Shown here piece by piece: positions 30,026-39,520 of a stretch of DNA of 64,000 nucleotides (the first letter of the stretch is position 1; each line of letters opens with the position of its first letter). Source of the DNA: an uncultured Acidobacteriota bacterium. GTDB taxonomy: Bacteria > Acidobacteriota > Thermoanaerobaculia > Multivoradales > SZUA-115. The translations under genes and the position numbers were made by a program. The DNA is taken from positions 224,001-288,000 of the forward strand of contig CAWDVR010000003.1 of assembly GCA_963805975.1 (NCBI GenBank), read 5' to 3'. The notes under the pieces are model-generated. The model did not search any database. It had not been told where the DNA came from and saw nothing but the letters and a program-made list of their open reading frames with translations.

Positions 30026-32770
30026 TTACCTTGAGACGCCGGTCAGCACGAATCCCGCCCAGTCTTCGGGCCGGACGTGGGCGCCGTCCTGCAAGAGGTC
30101 GAGCTTGGCCTGGCGCAGCGCCTCGGCGGCATCGCCGTTGGCCAGGAGGTGCGAATAGAAACGCTTCATGAGCACCGCCGACGGCACGTCCTGGACGTTC
30201 CAAAGGCTGACCAGCAGGCGGCGGGCGCCGGCGTAGAAGAAGCCTCGCGTCAGTCCGACGAAACCCTCGCCCTTGATCGGCTTGCCGCGCCCCGAGCTGC
30301 AAGCCGAGAGCACTACCAGCTCGGCTTCCAGCTCGAGGTTGAAGATCTCCCCGAGCTGCAGGACCCCGTCCTCCGCCGAGGGCAGCCCCTGAGAGAGCAC
30401 CAGCCCGAAGTGGTCGGGGTCGGTCTCGTCGGTGAAGGCGTGGGCGGCGAAGTGTAGATAGCGGGTGCCTTTGATCTGCGGGTTGGCCTTGACGTTCTCC
30501 TCGCGCGCGTCTCGGCCCAGGTAGACGGAGGTGGGGCGCGGCGCGAACAGCCCGGCGATCGACTCCACCTCGTCGCGCGAGGCCGCGAGCCTGTCCAGCC
30601 GGAAGCGCCCGTCACGGTCGAAGAGGCCGCGCTCCGGGCCTCCGGGAGAGGGGGCGAGGGCCGCGGACGGCGAGGGCACCGGATAGCTGGGATCGCCGAA
30701 GCCCACGAAGACGGGCTGGCCCGGATCGGCAGGCCCCGGTTTCGCGGCCCGCTGTCGCGCGGGTCGGGACGCCTGGCCCGCCAGCACGGTGGCGGACGGG
30801 GCGTAGCTCACCGTCCAGCGCTCGACCAGGTACCGGGGCGAGCCCGCGGCCGTGACCTCCGTGACCAGGGCCTCGAAAGGAAAAGAGAAGAGAACGTCGT
30901 CGGGAACGACGATCAGCCGCTCGACCCGCTCGAGCGCCTCTGTGGCCCGTGCCGGGAGCAGGGACTGATAGAGCTCGCCGGCGAGGATCGCGTACTGCTC
31001 CGGGGCCGTCCGATCGTCGAGCAGAGCGTCGAGCGCCGCCTGCACCCGGCGGCGCAGGTCCCCGGTGCGGCCCAGGTCGTAGGTCTCGAGCCCGCTGCTG
31101 CGCAACAGGAAGAGATACGCGTGCTCCTCGCCCAACGCGTACTCGAGGAGCGCGCTGTCCTTGTCCAAGGCCAGCCGTTTCTCGATCTGCGCCAGGCCGA
31201 GCGGTTCCGGGTACCGGACCTCGGCGTAGCGGGCGTTGCTCTCGCGGATCGCGGAGGCCAGCGCACGCCGTTGCGCTTCGAGCTCGTCCAGGTCCGCTCG
31301 CACCGCCTGCACCTCGGCCCGCGGCGCGCCGGCCCCGCGTTTGCTCAGCCAGAGCGCCTGCGCCCCGGATCGTTGCTGCTCGAGCCGGCGCTCCTGCTCC
31401 TTGAGCTCCGGTGAGACGCCGCTCTCGACGTCGACCTGCGCCTCGGCGAGCAGCCCGAGAAGGCCCCGCGCCCGCGCGCGCTCACTCTCTTCGAGCGCTC
31501 TCGCCCACGCACCCCGGCCCATCAGCAGATCGATGTACTCGTCGAAGTAGCGGCGCAGGAAGGCCACCTGCGTGGCGCGGGTCTCGGGGTCCGGCGCGCT
31601 GCGGTTGGCCGACTCGAACAGATCCAGCGCCCGCCGCATCTCGGCCTCGGCGGCGGCCTTGTTCCCCAGGTCCCGCAGCACGCGTGCCGAGCGCGCCAGG
31701 AGGAAGGCTTCGAGGCCGGGGTCCTGGGCGCGCTCGACCGCGGGCCGGGCCTCGTCGAGGCTCACCCGCGCCGCGCCCAAGTCGCCCGCCAGGCGGAGGG
31801 TCTCCGCCAGCTCGCCGGCCGAGAGGATCTCGCCGGCGGAGTCCTCGAGCGCCTGTCGCTGGCGCATCGCCTCGCGCAGGGTGGCCTGGGCGTCGGCCAG
31901 CTTGCCCTGGTCGCGCTGCGCAACCCCCAGCGCGTGCAGCACGGAAGCCTTGGAGGACGGGCTCGACAACCCTGCCGAGAGATCACGGGCCCTGGTGAAG
32001 TGCTCCAGGGCCCGGCCCGGCTGGCCCGCCTGCCTCTCGAGCCAGCCCAGCGCGACCAGAATTTCCACCTGCAAGCCGGTCTGCCCGAGCCTTTCGAGGC
32101 GACCCAGGGCCGTTTGGAAGCGTTCCCGCGCCTCCTCGAAGCGGCCGAGAGAAAACTCCAGGTTGCCCCAGTTGTAGCCTACGTGAGCTATCAGATCCTC
32201 GTTGTCGGCGCTCTCCGCCCGCTCCGCTGCGTCTCGGTAGTAGCGCTCGGCATCCTTGGCTCGGCCCAGCCGGTACGCGTTGGCACCCAGCCCGTTGAGC
32301 GCGCCCCCCTCTTCCTCGGCCAGGCCGGCCGCCTTACAGTCCTCCAGGGCCTCGAGCCACCAGCGAGCCGCCTCCTCGGAGCGTTCGTGGTTTCGGAGCA
32401 GCGTCCCGATCCGGTTCTTCGCCTTGCACCCCCCGGCCCGATCGGAGGACCGCCCGGCGACCTCCAGGGCGTGCCGGTAGATCTGCTCGGCTTCGCTGTA
32501 CTGGCGTTCCCTCTGGTGGGCGATACCCTGTCCCAGGAGGCCTTCGATCTGGAGGGAGTGGTCGCTCGTCTGCCGAGCGGCTTCGGCGGCTGCCTCGTAG
32601 AGACCAATCGCCGTCGCGTTATCGCCCTTGTCGAGAACCTTTCTGGCCGCCGCCAGCAGGGTCGCGGCCGGGCGCGGGTCTTCCGGCGGCGAGCAGGCCG
32701 CCAGGGCTCCCGAGAGCAGGAGAAGGCTCCACACCACGGCTCCCGGCTGGGGTCGAAACCTTAGATTCAT
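30026..32770 (-). CDS. TPR-CHAT (caspase-like) protease with lipoprotein-type signal
   Basis: LLSGALAAC lipobox; TPR repeats; IVVPDDVL; LHFAAH (His) and LVVLSAC (Cys); VSLWNV; DWAGFVL. Confidence 0.9.
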   Translation of the reverse strand: MNLRFRPQPGAVVWSLLLLSGALAACSPPEDPRPAATLLAAARKVLDKGDNATAIGLYEAAAEAARQTSDHSLQIEGLLGQGIAHQRERQYSEAEQIYRHALEVAGRSSDRAGGCKAKNRIGTLLRNHERSEEAARWWLEALEDCKAAGLAEEEGGALNGLGANAYRLGRAKDAERYYRDAAERAESADNEDLIAHVGYNWGNLEFSLGRFEEARERFQTALGRLERLGQTGLQVEILVALGWLERQAGQPGRALEHFTRARDLSAGLSSPSSKASVLHALGVAQRDQGKLADAQATLREAMRQRQALEDSAGEILSAGELAETLRLAGDLGAARVSLDEARPAVERAQDPGLEAFLLARSARVLRDLGNKAAAEAEMRRALDLFESANRSAPDPETRATQVAFLRRYFDEYIDLLMGRGAWARALEESERARARGLLGLLAEAQVDVESGVSPELKEQERRLEQQRSGAQALWLSKRGAGAPRAEVQAVRADLDELEAQRRALASAIRESNARYAEVRYPEPLGLAQIEKRLALDKDSALLEYALGEEHAYLFLLRSSGLETYDLGRTGDLRRRVQAALDALLDDRTAPEQYAILAGELYQSLLPARATEALERVERLIVVPDDVLFSFPFEALVTEVTAAGSPRYLVERWTVSYAPSATVLAGQASRPARQRAAKPGPADPGQPVFVGFGDPSYPVPSPSAALAPSPGGPERGLFDRDGRFRLDRLAASRDEVESIAGLFAPRPTSVYLGRDAREENVKANPQIKGTRYLHFAAHAFTDETDPDHFGLVLSQGLPSAEDGVLQLGEIFNLELEAELVVLSACSSGRGKPIKGEGFVGLTRGFFYAGARRLLVSLWNVQDVPSAVLMKRFYSHLLANGDAAEALRQAKLDLLQDGAHVRPEDWAGFVLTGVSR

Positions 32771-32907
32771 GGCTATCGTCTTCTGCCCTCACTCTACTGC
32801 ATCCAAAGGCCTGCCCCGCTGCCCGTCACCGGGGCGTAACCGCCTTTCTCCGTTTGACTTCCCGCCGCCTCTCGGAGAGCATCGCGAACCAGAGGAGCGC
32901 TCCCAAC

Positions 32908-33453
32908 GTGCGGACCGAAGAGGCGAAGCTCATCACCAGCTTCCTGGCCGGCGAGGCCGAGGCGGTGTCCCAGATCGACGGCTGGATCCGGCAGGCGGCC
33001 TCGCCGTTTCGCCGGCGCCTGGCCGACCATTGGGACGACGCGCTCCAGGACGTTCGCCTGGAGGCCACCCGCCTGCTCAAGGACCAGCGCTTCCGGGGCG
33101 AGTCCAGCCTCAAGACCTATCTCTGGCGCGTGACCTCGAACGCCTGCGTGGACCGGGTGCGCGGCCAGCGCAAGGTGCAGTGGGAGGACATCGAGGCGGT
33201 CGACCAGCGTGGCGAGGGAGCGCGGGCGAAGGCGGCCGAGCGCGGGCGCGCGGGCGAGGCCAAGGATCTGGCGCTGCGCGTGCTGGCCGAGATGTCCGAC
33301 GAATGCCGCCAGCTCTGGCGGATGCTCTTCGAAGGCCTTTCCTATCAGCAGATGAGCCAGAGCCTGGGGGTCGCCGAGGGAGCGCTCCGGGTGCGGGTGC
33401 TGCGCTGCCGCCGCAAAGCCCTGGTGGTGCGCGAGGGTCTCCTGGGCCAATAG
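32908..33453 (+). CDS. ECF sigma factor
   Basis: RBS GAGGAG and GTG start; DALQDV, FRGESSLKTYLWRV..N.CVD; region 4 'LSYQQMSQSLGVAEGALRVRVLR'. Confidence 0.88.
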   Translation: MRTEEAKLITSFLAGEAEAVSQIDGWIRQAASPFRRRLADHWDDALQDVRLEATRLLKDQRFRGESSLKTYLWRVTSNACVDRVRGQRKVQWEDIEAVDQRGEGARAKAAERGRAGEAKDLALRVLAEMSDECRQLWRMLFEGLSYQQMSQSLGVAEGALRVRVLRCRRKALVVREGLLGQ

Positions 33454-33515
33454 CCCCGCCGCTGGTAACGATTGCGGGCGGGGGTGGCCTAAGCTGTCGG
33501 AGAGGTGAGAACCAC

Positions 33516-34328
33516 ATGAACTGCGACAATGCAATGGAATTGCTGCCCTGGAGGGCCAACGGCAGCCTGGCCGAGGTCGAGAGGCGGGAGCTGGACGAGC
33601 ACCTGAGCGGCTGCCCGGCCTGCCAGCGGGAGATGGCCGAGACGCGGCTCGCGGCCGAGATCTACGCTGCGCACCCGACCGCCGACCAGCTCTACGACCT
33701 GGTCGCCGGCAAGGCTGCACCGTCCGGGAGCGAGCTGATCGAGCGGCACGTGGCCTCCTGCTCCACCTGTGCCGAGGAGCTGTCGATGATCCGCGACAGC
33801 CAGGGCCTGCTGGCCGACGCCGAGGAACGTGACCGGCGCCGGGAGGGCTCGGTGGTCCGCGGCCCCTGGGGCGTGCGGAGCCTCGCGCCGGCGCGGAGCT
33901 GGGTGCCGCTCGCCCTGGCGGCGGCCATGGCGCTCGCCGTGCTGGGCCCGGTGGTGGTCTGGGTGAGCAGCCACTCGGGCTGGGGAACGCCGGCCGTGAT
34001 GGCGGCGAAGACCGTGGACCTGCCGGTCCAGATCCTGCGCGGGGGCGAGCCCGAGCCCGCCACGCCGCCCGTGATCCGCCGCGGTGATGGTCCGCTCGTG
34101 CTCCACCTCCACAACCAGGGCTGGGACCTGGCGCCGGGGGTCACCGTGGAGCTGATCGACGAGGCGGAACGGCTGACGCTCGTGCCGCAGGAGCAGGTCG
34201 AGCAGGGCCCGGGCGCGGTCCGGGTGCGCATCGACGCCGGGAAGCTCCCTCTGGGGCTCGTCACGGTGAGCGTGCTCGACGCCGAGCGCCAGCCGCGCGG
34301 CGAGGCCAGTTTCCGCGTCGAGCGGTAG
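33516..34328 (+). CDS. Membrane anti-sigma factor with two zf-HC2 zinc motifs
   Basis: HLSGCPAC and HVASCSTC, one TM helix, extracytoplasmic C-terminal domain; follows the ECF sigma. Confidence 0.85.
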   Translation: MNCDNAMELLPWRANGSLAEVERRELDEHLSGCPACQREMAETRLAAEIYAAHPTADQLYDLVAGKAAPSGSELIERHVASCSTCAEELSMIRDSQGLLADAEERDRRREGSVVRGPWGVRSLAPARSWVPLALAAAMALAVLGPVVVWVSSHSGWGTPAVMAAKTVDLPVQILRGGEPEPATPPVIRRGDGPLVLHLHNQGWDLAPGVTVELIDEAERLTLVPQEQVEQGPGAVRVRIDAGKLPLGLVTVSVLDAERQPRGEASFRVER

Positions 34329-34339
34329 GCAGCTCCAGA

Positions 34340-34355
34340 TTGGCATGGGGATTGC
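34340..34355 (+). promoter_or_regulatory. Sigma-54 (-24/-12) promoter candidate
   Basis: TTGGCATGGGGATTGC has GG-N10-GC spacing and is close to the TGGCAC-N5-TTGC consensus; 72 bp upstream of the next ATG. Confidence 0.6.
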
Positions 34356-34427
34356 CCTTGGCGGGGCTGTCCCCACTCGATCCTCGAGAGGGAACGTGCA
34401 TCGTTTCGACTCACGAGGAGGCTCCCC

Positions 34428-35630
34428 ATGCCAGCCCACCGCCTCATTCTTCGCGCGGCCCTCTGTGCCACCTTCGCCGCGCTCTCTGCCTGGCCCGCCA
34501 CGGCGGTCACCTGCGGCCTGGACCGTGTTCCCGGCGCCACCCTGCTGGTGCCCTACTTCGAGCTCGACACCACCAACCCCAACTCGTTGACGACGCTCCT
34601 CTCGATCAACAACGCCGACCAGACCGGCACCATCGTGCAGGTGACGCTGTGGAGCGACCTCGCGGTGCAGGTGGTCAGCTTCAACATCTACCTCTCGGGC
34701 TACGACGTCCAGACCATCAACCTGAGCGACATCGTGGTCCGCGGCGTGTTCCCGGTCACCGACCCGCCGGCTTCCTACACGAGCTGCCCCGCGACCCTGC
34801 CGGTCTTCCCGTCGATCTACCCGCCCATGGTCCCGTACCTCCGGGACGCGCTCACCGGCCAGAGCGTGGTCTACCCCGGCTCCGTGAACCCGGTGCAGGT
34901 CGGCGTCGACCACGGAGACGCGATGGCGCGCGGCTTCATCACCGTGGACGCCACCAACGCCTGCTCTTCGGACACCGCCAGCGATCCGGGCTACTGGGGG
35001 ATCGGCGGCACCGGCGTGCCCAGCAACCGCAACATCCTGTGGGGCGACTACTTCTACCTCGATCCCGCGAACGACTTCTCCCAGGGCTTCAACATGGTGC
35101 AGCTCGAGGCCGACGGCACCCTGGGCGCCGCCGACTACACCTTCTACCGCCGCTTCTCCGGCGGGGCCGACCAGCGCGAGCCTCTCGCCACCAACCACGC
35201 GGTGCGCTACGTTTCGGGCGGTGCGTTCAGCGGCGGCACCGAGATCTACTACTGGCGCGACCCCAAGCGCACGGTCACCCCGTTCACCCCCGGGACCCTG
35301 CCGGCGCCCTTCCCGCTGGGCAGCCTCGAGACCCTGATCTTCGACGAATCGGAGAGCTCGGCCACCTCGCTCGCCACCCCGTTCCCCTACGCCTCGGGCA
35401 AGGTGGTGGTGGGCACGGACCTGCCGGTGCCCTTCAATTTCGGCTGGATCCTCTTCAACATGAACACGCCGGTGGCCGGCAGCCAGGTTCCCTTCGAGCC
35501 CGTCGCCCAGAGCGCGCTGGCCTACACCTTCCGCGCCTTCGGGCGGTTCGCGATCGGTGTCGACTCGACCACGCTGGACAGCGCCTGTGACGCGGACCTG
35601 GGGCCCTTCCCCATGCCGCCGCAGCCGTAG
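34428..35630 (+). CDS. Secreted hypothetical protein
   Basis: RBS GAGGAGG; signal peptide; 'TCGLDRVPGATLLVPYFE', 'NILWGDYFY'; four Cys in the mature part. Confidence 0.8.
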   Translation: MPAHRLILRAALCATFAALSAWPATAVTCGLDRVPGATLLVPYFELDTTNPNSLTTLLSINNADQTGTIVQVTLWSDLAVQVVSFNIYLSGYDVQTINLSDIVVRGVFPVTDPPASYTSCPATLPVFPSIYPPMVPYLRDALTGQSVVYPGSVNPVQVGVDHGDAMARGFITVDATNACSSDTASDPGYWGIGGTGVPSNRNILWGDYFYLDPANDFSQGFNMVQLEADGTLGAADYTFYRRFSGGADQREPLATNHAVRYVSGGAFSGGTEIYYWRDPKRTVTPFTPGTLPAPFPLGSLETLIFDESESSATSLATPFPYASGKVVVGTDLPVPFNFGWILFNMNTPVAGSQVPFEPVAQSALAYTFRAFGRFAIGVDSTTLDSACDADLGPFPMPPQP

Positions 35631-35664
35631 GAGCCTGGCACCGGTCCAGGCTGAGCGCTCGAAC

Positions 35665-35694
35665 CCGGCCGGAAAATGGCGGCGTTCCGGCCGG
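35665..35694. terminator. Hairpin between convergent genes
   Basis: CCGGCCGGAA/TTCCGGCCGG 10-bp stem; no clear U-tract. Confidence 0.4.
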
Positions 35695-35723
35695 CAACAT
35701 CTTCCCGCTGCCCTGAACCGGCC

Positions 35724-38700
35724 TCAGACCCCGAAGTACCGCGCGTCCGGGTGCTGGAAGACCAGTGCCGAGACGCTGGCCTCGGGGTCCATCATGTCGC
35801 CCTCGGTGAGGTGGACCCCGATCTCCTCCGGCTGGAGCGCGGCGAAGAGCGCCCGCTGGCCGCCCAGGTCCGGGCAGGCCGGGTAGCCGAAGCTGTAGCG
35901 CTTGCCGCGGTAGCGGGCCGAGAAGAGGTCCCGCACGGCGAGCTCCGGCGGGTCCGGGAAGCCCCAGGCCGCACGCAGCCGCTGGTGCACCAGCTCGGCC
36001 GCGGCCTCGGCGGTCTCGAGCGCCAGCGCCGCGAAGACGTGGCTCTTCAGGTACTCGCCGGCGTGCTTCAGCTCCTCGACGCGCTGGCGCACCTCGTGCC
36101 CGGCGCTGGTCACGAAGAGGGCCACGTGGTCGCCGGGGAGCAGATAGTCCGTCAGGCAGAGGCCGCCGGGCTTGGCCTGCCGGGGCAGGTCCCAGGTGGC
36201 GGCCGGGGAGCCGCTCGCCGGATCGAGAAGGATCAGCCGGTCGCCTTCCGTCACGGCCGGGAAGAACCGCCACACGCCCACCGCAGGCATGGCACCGCGA
36301 CGCGCGAACTCCTTCACCTCCTCGACCACGGCGTGGATCTTCTCGAACTTGGGGTCGTGGCGCGCCGCCATCGCCTCGACCGAGCCGGTGAGGCCGAGGT
36401 GTTTGCCGTAGAACATCTTGGGGTTGACGTAGGGCCACACCTCGTCGGGGAGGAAGCGCTCGACGACGCGCTCGAGGTGCGGCGGCGGCGGCACCGGTAG
36501 GTCCCGGCGCACTGTCGGCGGTGCCGGCAGGCCCTCCTCCTCGCTCGCCACGGCGCTCTCCGGCGCCACCTGGTCGGCGGTGATCAGCTCCGCCACCTCC
36601 TCCTCGAGCGTCGGGCGCTGGTGCGGGTCGATGATCCGCTCCACCAGCTTCAGGCCGCTCATCGCGTCCTTGGCGTAGGTGCAGAGGCCGGTGTAGGCGG
36701 CGGCGATCTTGCGGTGCGTGAAGCGGCGGGTGAGGGCCGCGCCGCCGACGATCAAGGGCACGTCGATGCCCACCGCTGCCAGGTCGCCGGCGGTCGCCAC
36801 CATCTGCTGCGCGCTCTTGACCAGCAGGCCGGAGAGCCCCACCACGTCCGGCTTCTCGCCGGCGATGGCCTGGATCAACTGCTCGGAGGGGACCTTGATG
36901 CCGAGGTTCACCACCGTGAAGCCGTTGTTGGTGAGGATGATGTCCACCAGGTTCTTGCCGATGTCGTGGACGTCGCCCTTCACCGTGGCGAGGATCACCT
37001 TGCCGCGCGAGGTATCGGCGCCCTCGACGTGCTGCATGTGCGGCTCGAGGTACGCCACCGCGGCCTTCATCACCTCGGCGCTCTGCAGCACCTCGGCGAC
37101 GATGAGCTGGTTGGCGTTGAACAGCCGGCCCACCTCCGCCATGCCGGCCATCAGCGGGCCGTTGATGATGGCGAGCGGCTCGGGGTAGGCCGGATCGGCG
37201 AGCGCGGTCTCCGAGTCCTCGGTCAGGCCTTCCTTGCTGCCTTCCACCACCGCCCGCGACAACCGCTCGGCGAGCGGCAGCTTGGCGCGGTCGCTCGCCT
37301 TGTTGACGACTCCCCGGCCGCGGAAATGCTCGGTGAAGGCGGCCACCGCCTGATCGCCGGCCGCCACGTCGCCGGGCGGCAAGAAGATCAGGGTCTCGGC
37401 GAGGCGCCGCTCCTCCTCGGGGATCTCCGGGTAGCGGGCCAGGCGCTCGGTGTTGACGATGGCCGCGTCCAACCCGGCCCGCGTCGCGTGGTAGAGGAAG
37501 ACCGAGTTCAGCACCTCGCGGCCCGCGGCGGGCAGGCCGAACGAGACGTTCGAGACCCCGAGGATGGTGCGGGTGCCCGGCAGCTCTTCCTTGAGGCGCC
37601 GCACGCCCTCGACGGTCATCGCCGCCGAGCCCAGGTAGGTGGCGTCGCCGGTGCCGCAGGGAAAGACCAGCGCGTCCCACCAGATGTCCTCGGGCGCGAT
37701 GCCGAAGCGGCCGGTCAAGAGCTCGAAGGAGCGGTGCGCCACCTCGAGCTTGCGCTCCACGGAGACCGCCATGCCGGTCTCGTCGATGCAGCCCACCACC
37801 AGGGCGGCGCCGAAACGCCGGGCGAGCGGCGCCACGCGCTCGAAGCGGGAGAGGCCGTCCTCGAGGTTGATCGAGTTGAGCACCGCCTTGCCCTGGCAGA
37901 AGGTGAGCGCCCGCTCCATCACCGCGGCGTCGGTCGAGTCGATCATCAGCGGCGCCTTCACCACCCGCACCAGGCGGTCGAGGAAGGCTTCCATCATCCC
38001 CATCTCGTCGCGGTCCGGGTCCTGGAGGCAGACGTCGAGGATCTGGCCGCCCGCCTTCACCTGGGCGCGGCCCACCTCGGCAGCGGCCTCGTAGTCGCCG
38101 GCGACCATCAGGCGCTTGAATTTGGCGCTGCCGAGCACGTTGGTGCGCTCGCCCACCAGCAACGGCCGGTTGTCGGGCGTCAGCTCTACGGCCTCGATGC
38201 CGGAGACCAGGGCGCGGTGGTGCGCGGGCACCGGCCGCGGGCGGCGGCCGGCGACCATCTCGGCGAGCGCCGCGATGTGCGCCCGGGTGGTGCCGCAGCA
38301 GCCGCCCACCAGGTTCAGCCAGCCGGCATCGGCGAAGCGCCCCAGCACCTCGGCAACGTGCTCGGGGCCCTCGGTGTAGCGGCCGTCCTCGTCCGGCAGG
38401 CCGGCGTTGGGCACGCAGGCGACGCGGCTGCGGCAGAGCTCGGAGAGGGTGCGCACGTGGTCCGCCATAAGGTCCGGGCCGGTGGCGCAGTTGAGGCCCA
38501 CGTAGAGCAGGTCGGCGTGCAGAAGGGACACCGCGAGTGCTTCGGCGTCCTGCCCGGCGAGCATCGTGCCGGTGGGCTCGATGGTGGCCGACACCGCGAC
38601 CGGCAGCCGCCAGCCGGCGTCGGCGAACGCGGTCTCGAGGCCGAGGAGCGCCGCCTTGACGTTCCTCGTGTCCTGGCTGGTCTCGATCAGCAGGTAGTCC

Positions 38701-39221
38701 GCGCCGCCGGCCATCAGCCCCAGGGCCTGGACGTAGAAGTGCTTCTGCAGCTCCTCGAAAGTGATGCCGCCGGTGACCGAGATCGCCTTGGTGGTCGGGC
38801 CCAGCGAGCCGCAGACGAAACGGGGTTTCCCGGGGGTCACGAAGCGCGCGCAAGCCTCGCGGGCGAGCGCCGCGGACAGCCGGTTGAGCTCGAAGGCGTG
38901 GTCCTCGAGGCCGTACTCGGCGAGCACCAGCGGCGTGCCGCCGAAGCTGTTGGTCTCGACCACGTCGGCGCCGGCGGCGAGGTAAGTCTCGGAAACGCCT
39001 CGCACCACGTCCGGCCGCGTGCGGCAGAGGTTCTCGTTGCAGCCCTCGAGCTCCGGCCCGCCGAAGTCCACGGCCGTCAGGTTCGCGTCCTGGAGGGCCG
39101 TGCCCGTGGCGCCGTCCAGGAGCAGGATGCGCTCCGCGAGCGCCGCTTCGAGCGCCGCCGTCCTCGTTTCGAGGTCGGGCGGGCGCGGTGGTGGAGTGGG
39201 ATGGAAGATCGATTCGTCCAC
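35724..39221 (-). CDS. metH: Cobalamin-dependent methionine synthase
   Basis: LDGATGT, GLNCATG, GGCCGT, GERTN, GDVHDIGKN (B12 binding), RYSFGYPACPD. Confidence 0.95.
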   Translation of the reverse strand: MDESIFHPTPPPRPPDLETRTAALEAALAERILLLDGATGTALQDANLTAVDFGGPELEGCNENLCRTRPDVVRGVSETYLAAGADVVETNSFGGTPLVLAEYGLEDHAFELNRLSAALAREACARFVTPGKPRFVCGSLGPTTKAISVTGGITFEELQKHFYVQALGLMAGGADYLLIETSQDTRNVKAALLGLETAFADAGWRLPVAVSATIEPTGTMLAGQDAEALAVSLLHADLLYVGLNCATGPDLMADHVRTLSELCRSRVACVPNAGLPDEDGRYTEGPEHVAEVLGRFADAGWLNLVGGCCGTTRAHIAALAEMVAGRRPRPVPAHHRALVSGIEAVELTPDNRPLLVGERTNVLGSAKFKRLMVAGDYEAAAEVGRAQVKAGGQILDVCLQDPDRDEMGMMEAFLDRLVRVVKAPLMIDSTDAAVMERALTFCQGKAVLNSINLEDGLSRFERVAPLARRFGAALVVGCIDETGMAVSVERKLEVAHRSFELLTGRFGIAPEDIWWDALVFPCGTGDATYLGSAAMTVEGVRRLKEELPGTRTILGVSNVSFGLPAAGREVLNSVFLYHATRAGLDAAIVNTERLARYPEIPEEERRLAETLIFLPPGDVAAGDQAVAAFTEHFRGRGVVNKASDRAKLPLAERLSRAVVEGSKEGLTEDSETALADPAYPEPLAIINGPLMAGMAEVGRLFNANQLIVAEVLQSAEVMKAAVAYLEPHMQHVEGADTSRGKVILATVKGDVHDIGKNLVDIILTNNGFTVVNLGIKVPSEQLIQAIAGEKPDVVGLSGLLVKSAQQMVATAGDLAAVGIDVPLIVGGAALTRRFTHRKIAAAYTGLCTYAKDAMSGLKLVERIIDPHQRPTLEEEVAELITADQVAPESAVASEEEGLPAPPTVRRDLPVPPPPHLERVVERFLPDEVWPYVNPKMFYGKHLGLTGSVEAMAARHDPKFEKIHAVVEEVKEFARRGAMPAVGVWRFFPAVTEGDRLILLDPASGSPAATWDLPRQAKPGGLCLTDYLLPGDHVALFVTSAGHEVRQRVEELKHAGEYLKSHVFAALALETAEAAAELVHQRLRAAWGFPDPPELAVRDLFSARYRGKRYSFGYPACPDLGGQRALFAALQPEEIGVHLTEGDMMDPEASVSALVFQHPDARYFGV

Positions 39222-39260
39222 GGATGAAGCCCCTTCCTCGCGGCCAGCGATGTGGCCAGC

Positions 39261-39294
39261 AACAAAAAACCCGCCTCGCACCACGAGACGGGCT
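39261..39294 (-). terminator. Intrinsic terminator in the metH leader
   Basis: Minus strand GCCCGUCUCG-UGGUG-CGAGGCGGG followed by UUUUUU. Confidence 0.85.
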
Positions 39295-39319
39295 TCGCTG
39301 GAGCCGCCAAAGGGCTCAA

Positions 39320-39455
39320 CGGACACTTGGTTGTCGCCTCGGGTTCCGGCGACCACATCCTCGGCCCGAGATCGTCTCGGGAGCCGAAAGGGCACCTTGG
39401 GTGTCCGCCCAGGTTGCCGAGCCCGGCGCCATGCACCGGACCGCTCGTAATGCAA
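39320..39455 (-). ncRNA. SAM riboswitch, SAM-I/IV variant architecture
   Basis: Core GCAU...GAG, P3 GGCAACC/GGUGCC, P4 hairpin, GAUG closing P1, P5 GUCGCC/GGCGAC; L3 CGGACAC complementary to 3' GUGUCCG; upstream of metH. Confidence 0.85.
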
Positions 39456-39520
39456 GAGGAAGGGTAGGGGAAGGGGCGGGTGGGTGTCAACCTGATCCCT
39501 CCCCCGGGCAGGAGGGGCGT

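Noticed and set aside
32836-33495. GTAAC motifs upstream of the ECF sigma and anti-sigma (and near 30025) as autoregulatory promoters
   Set aside because: Spacing to a putative -10 element varies (15-18 nt) and the 5-mer also occurs inside genes, so it cannot be supported without more examples.
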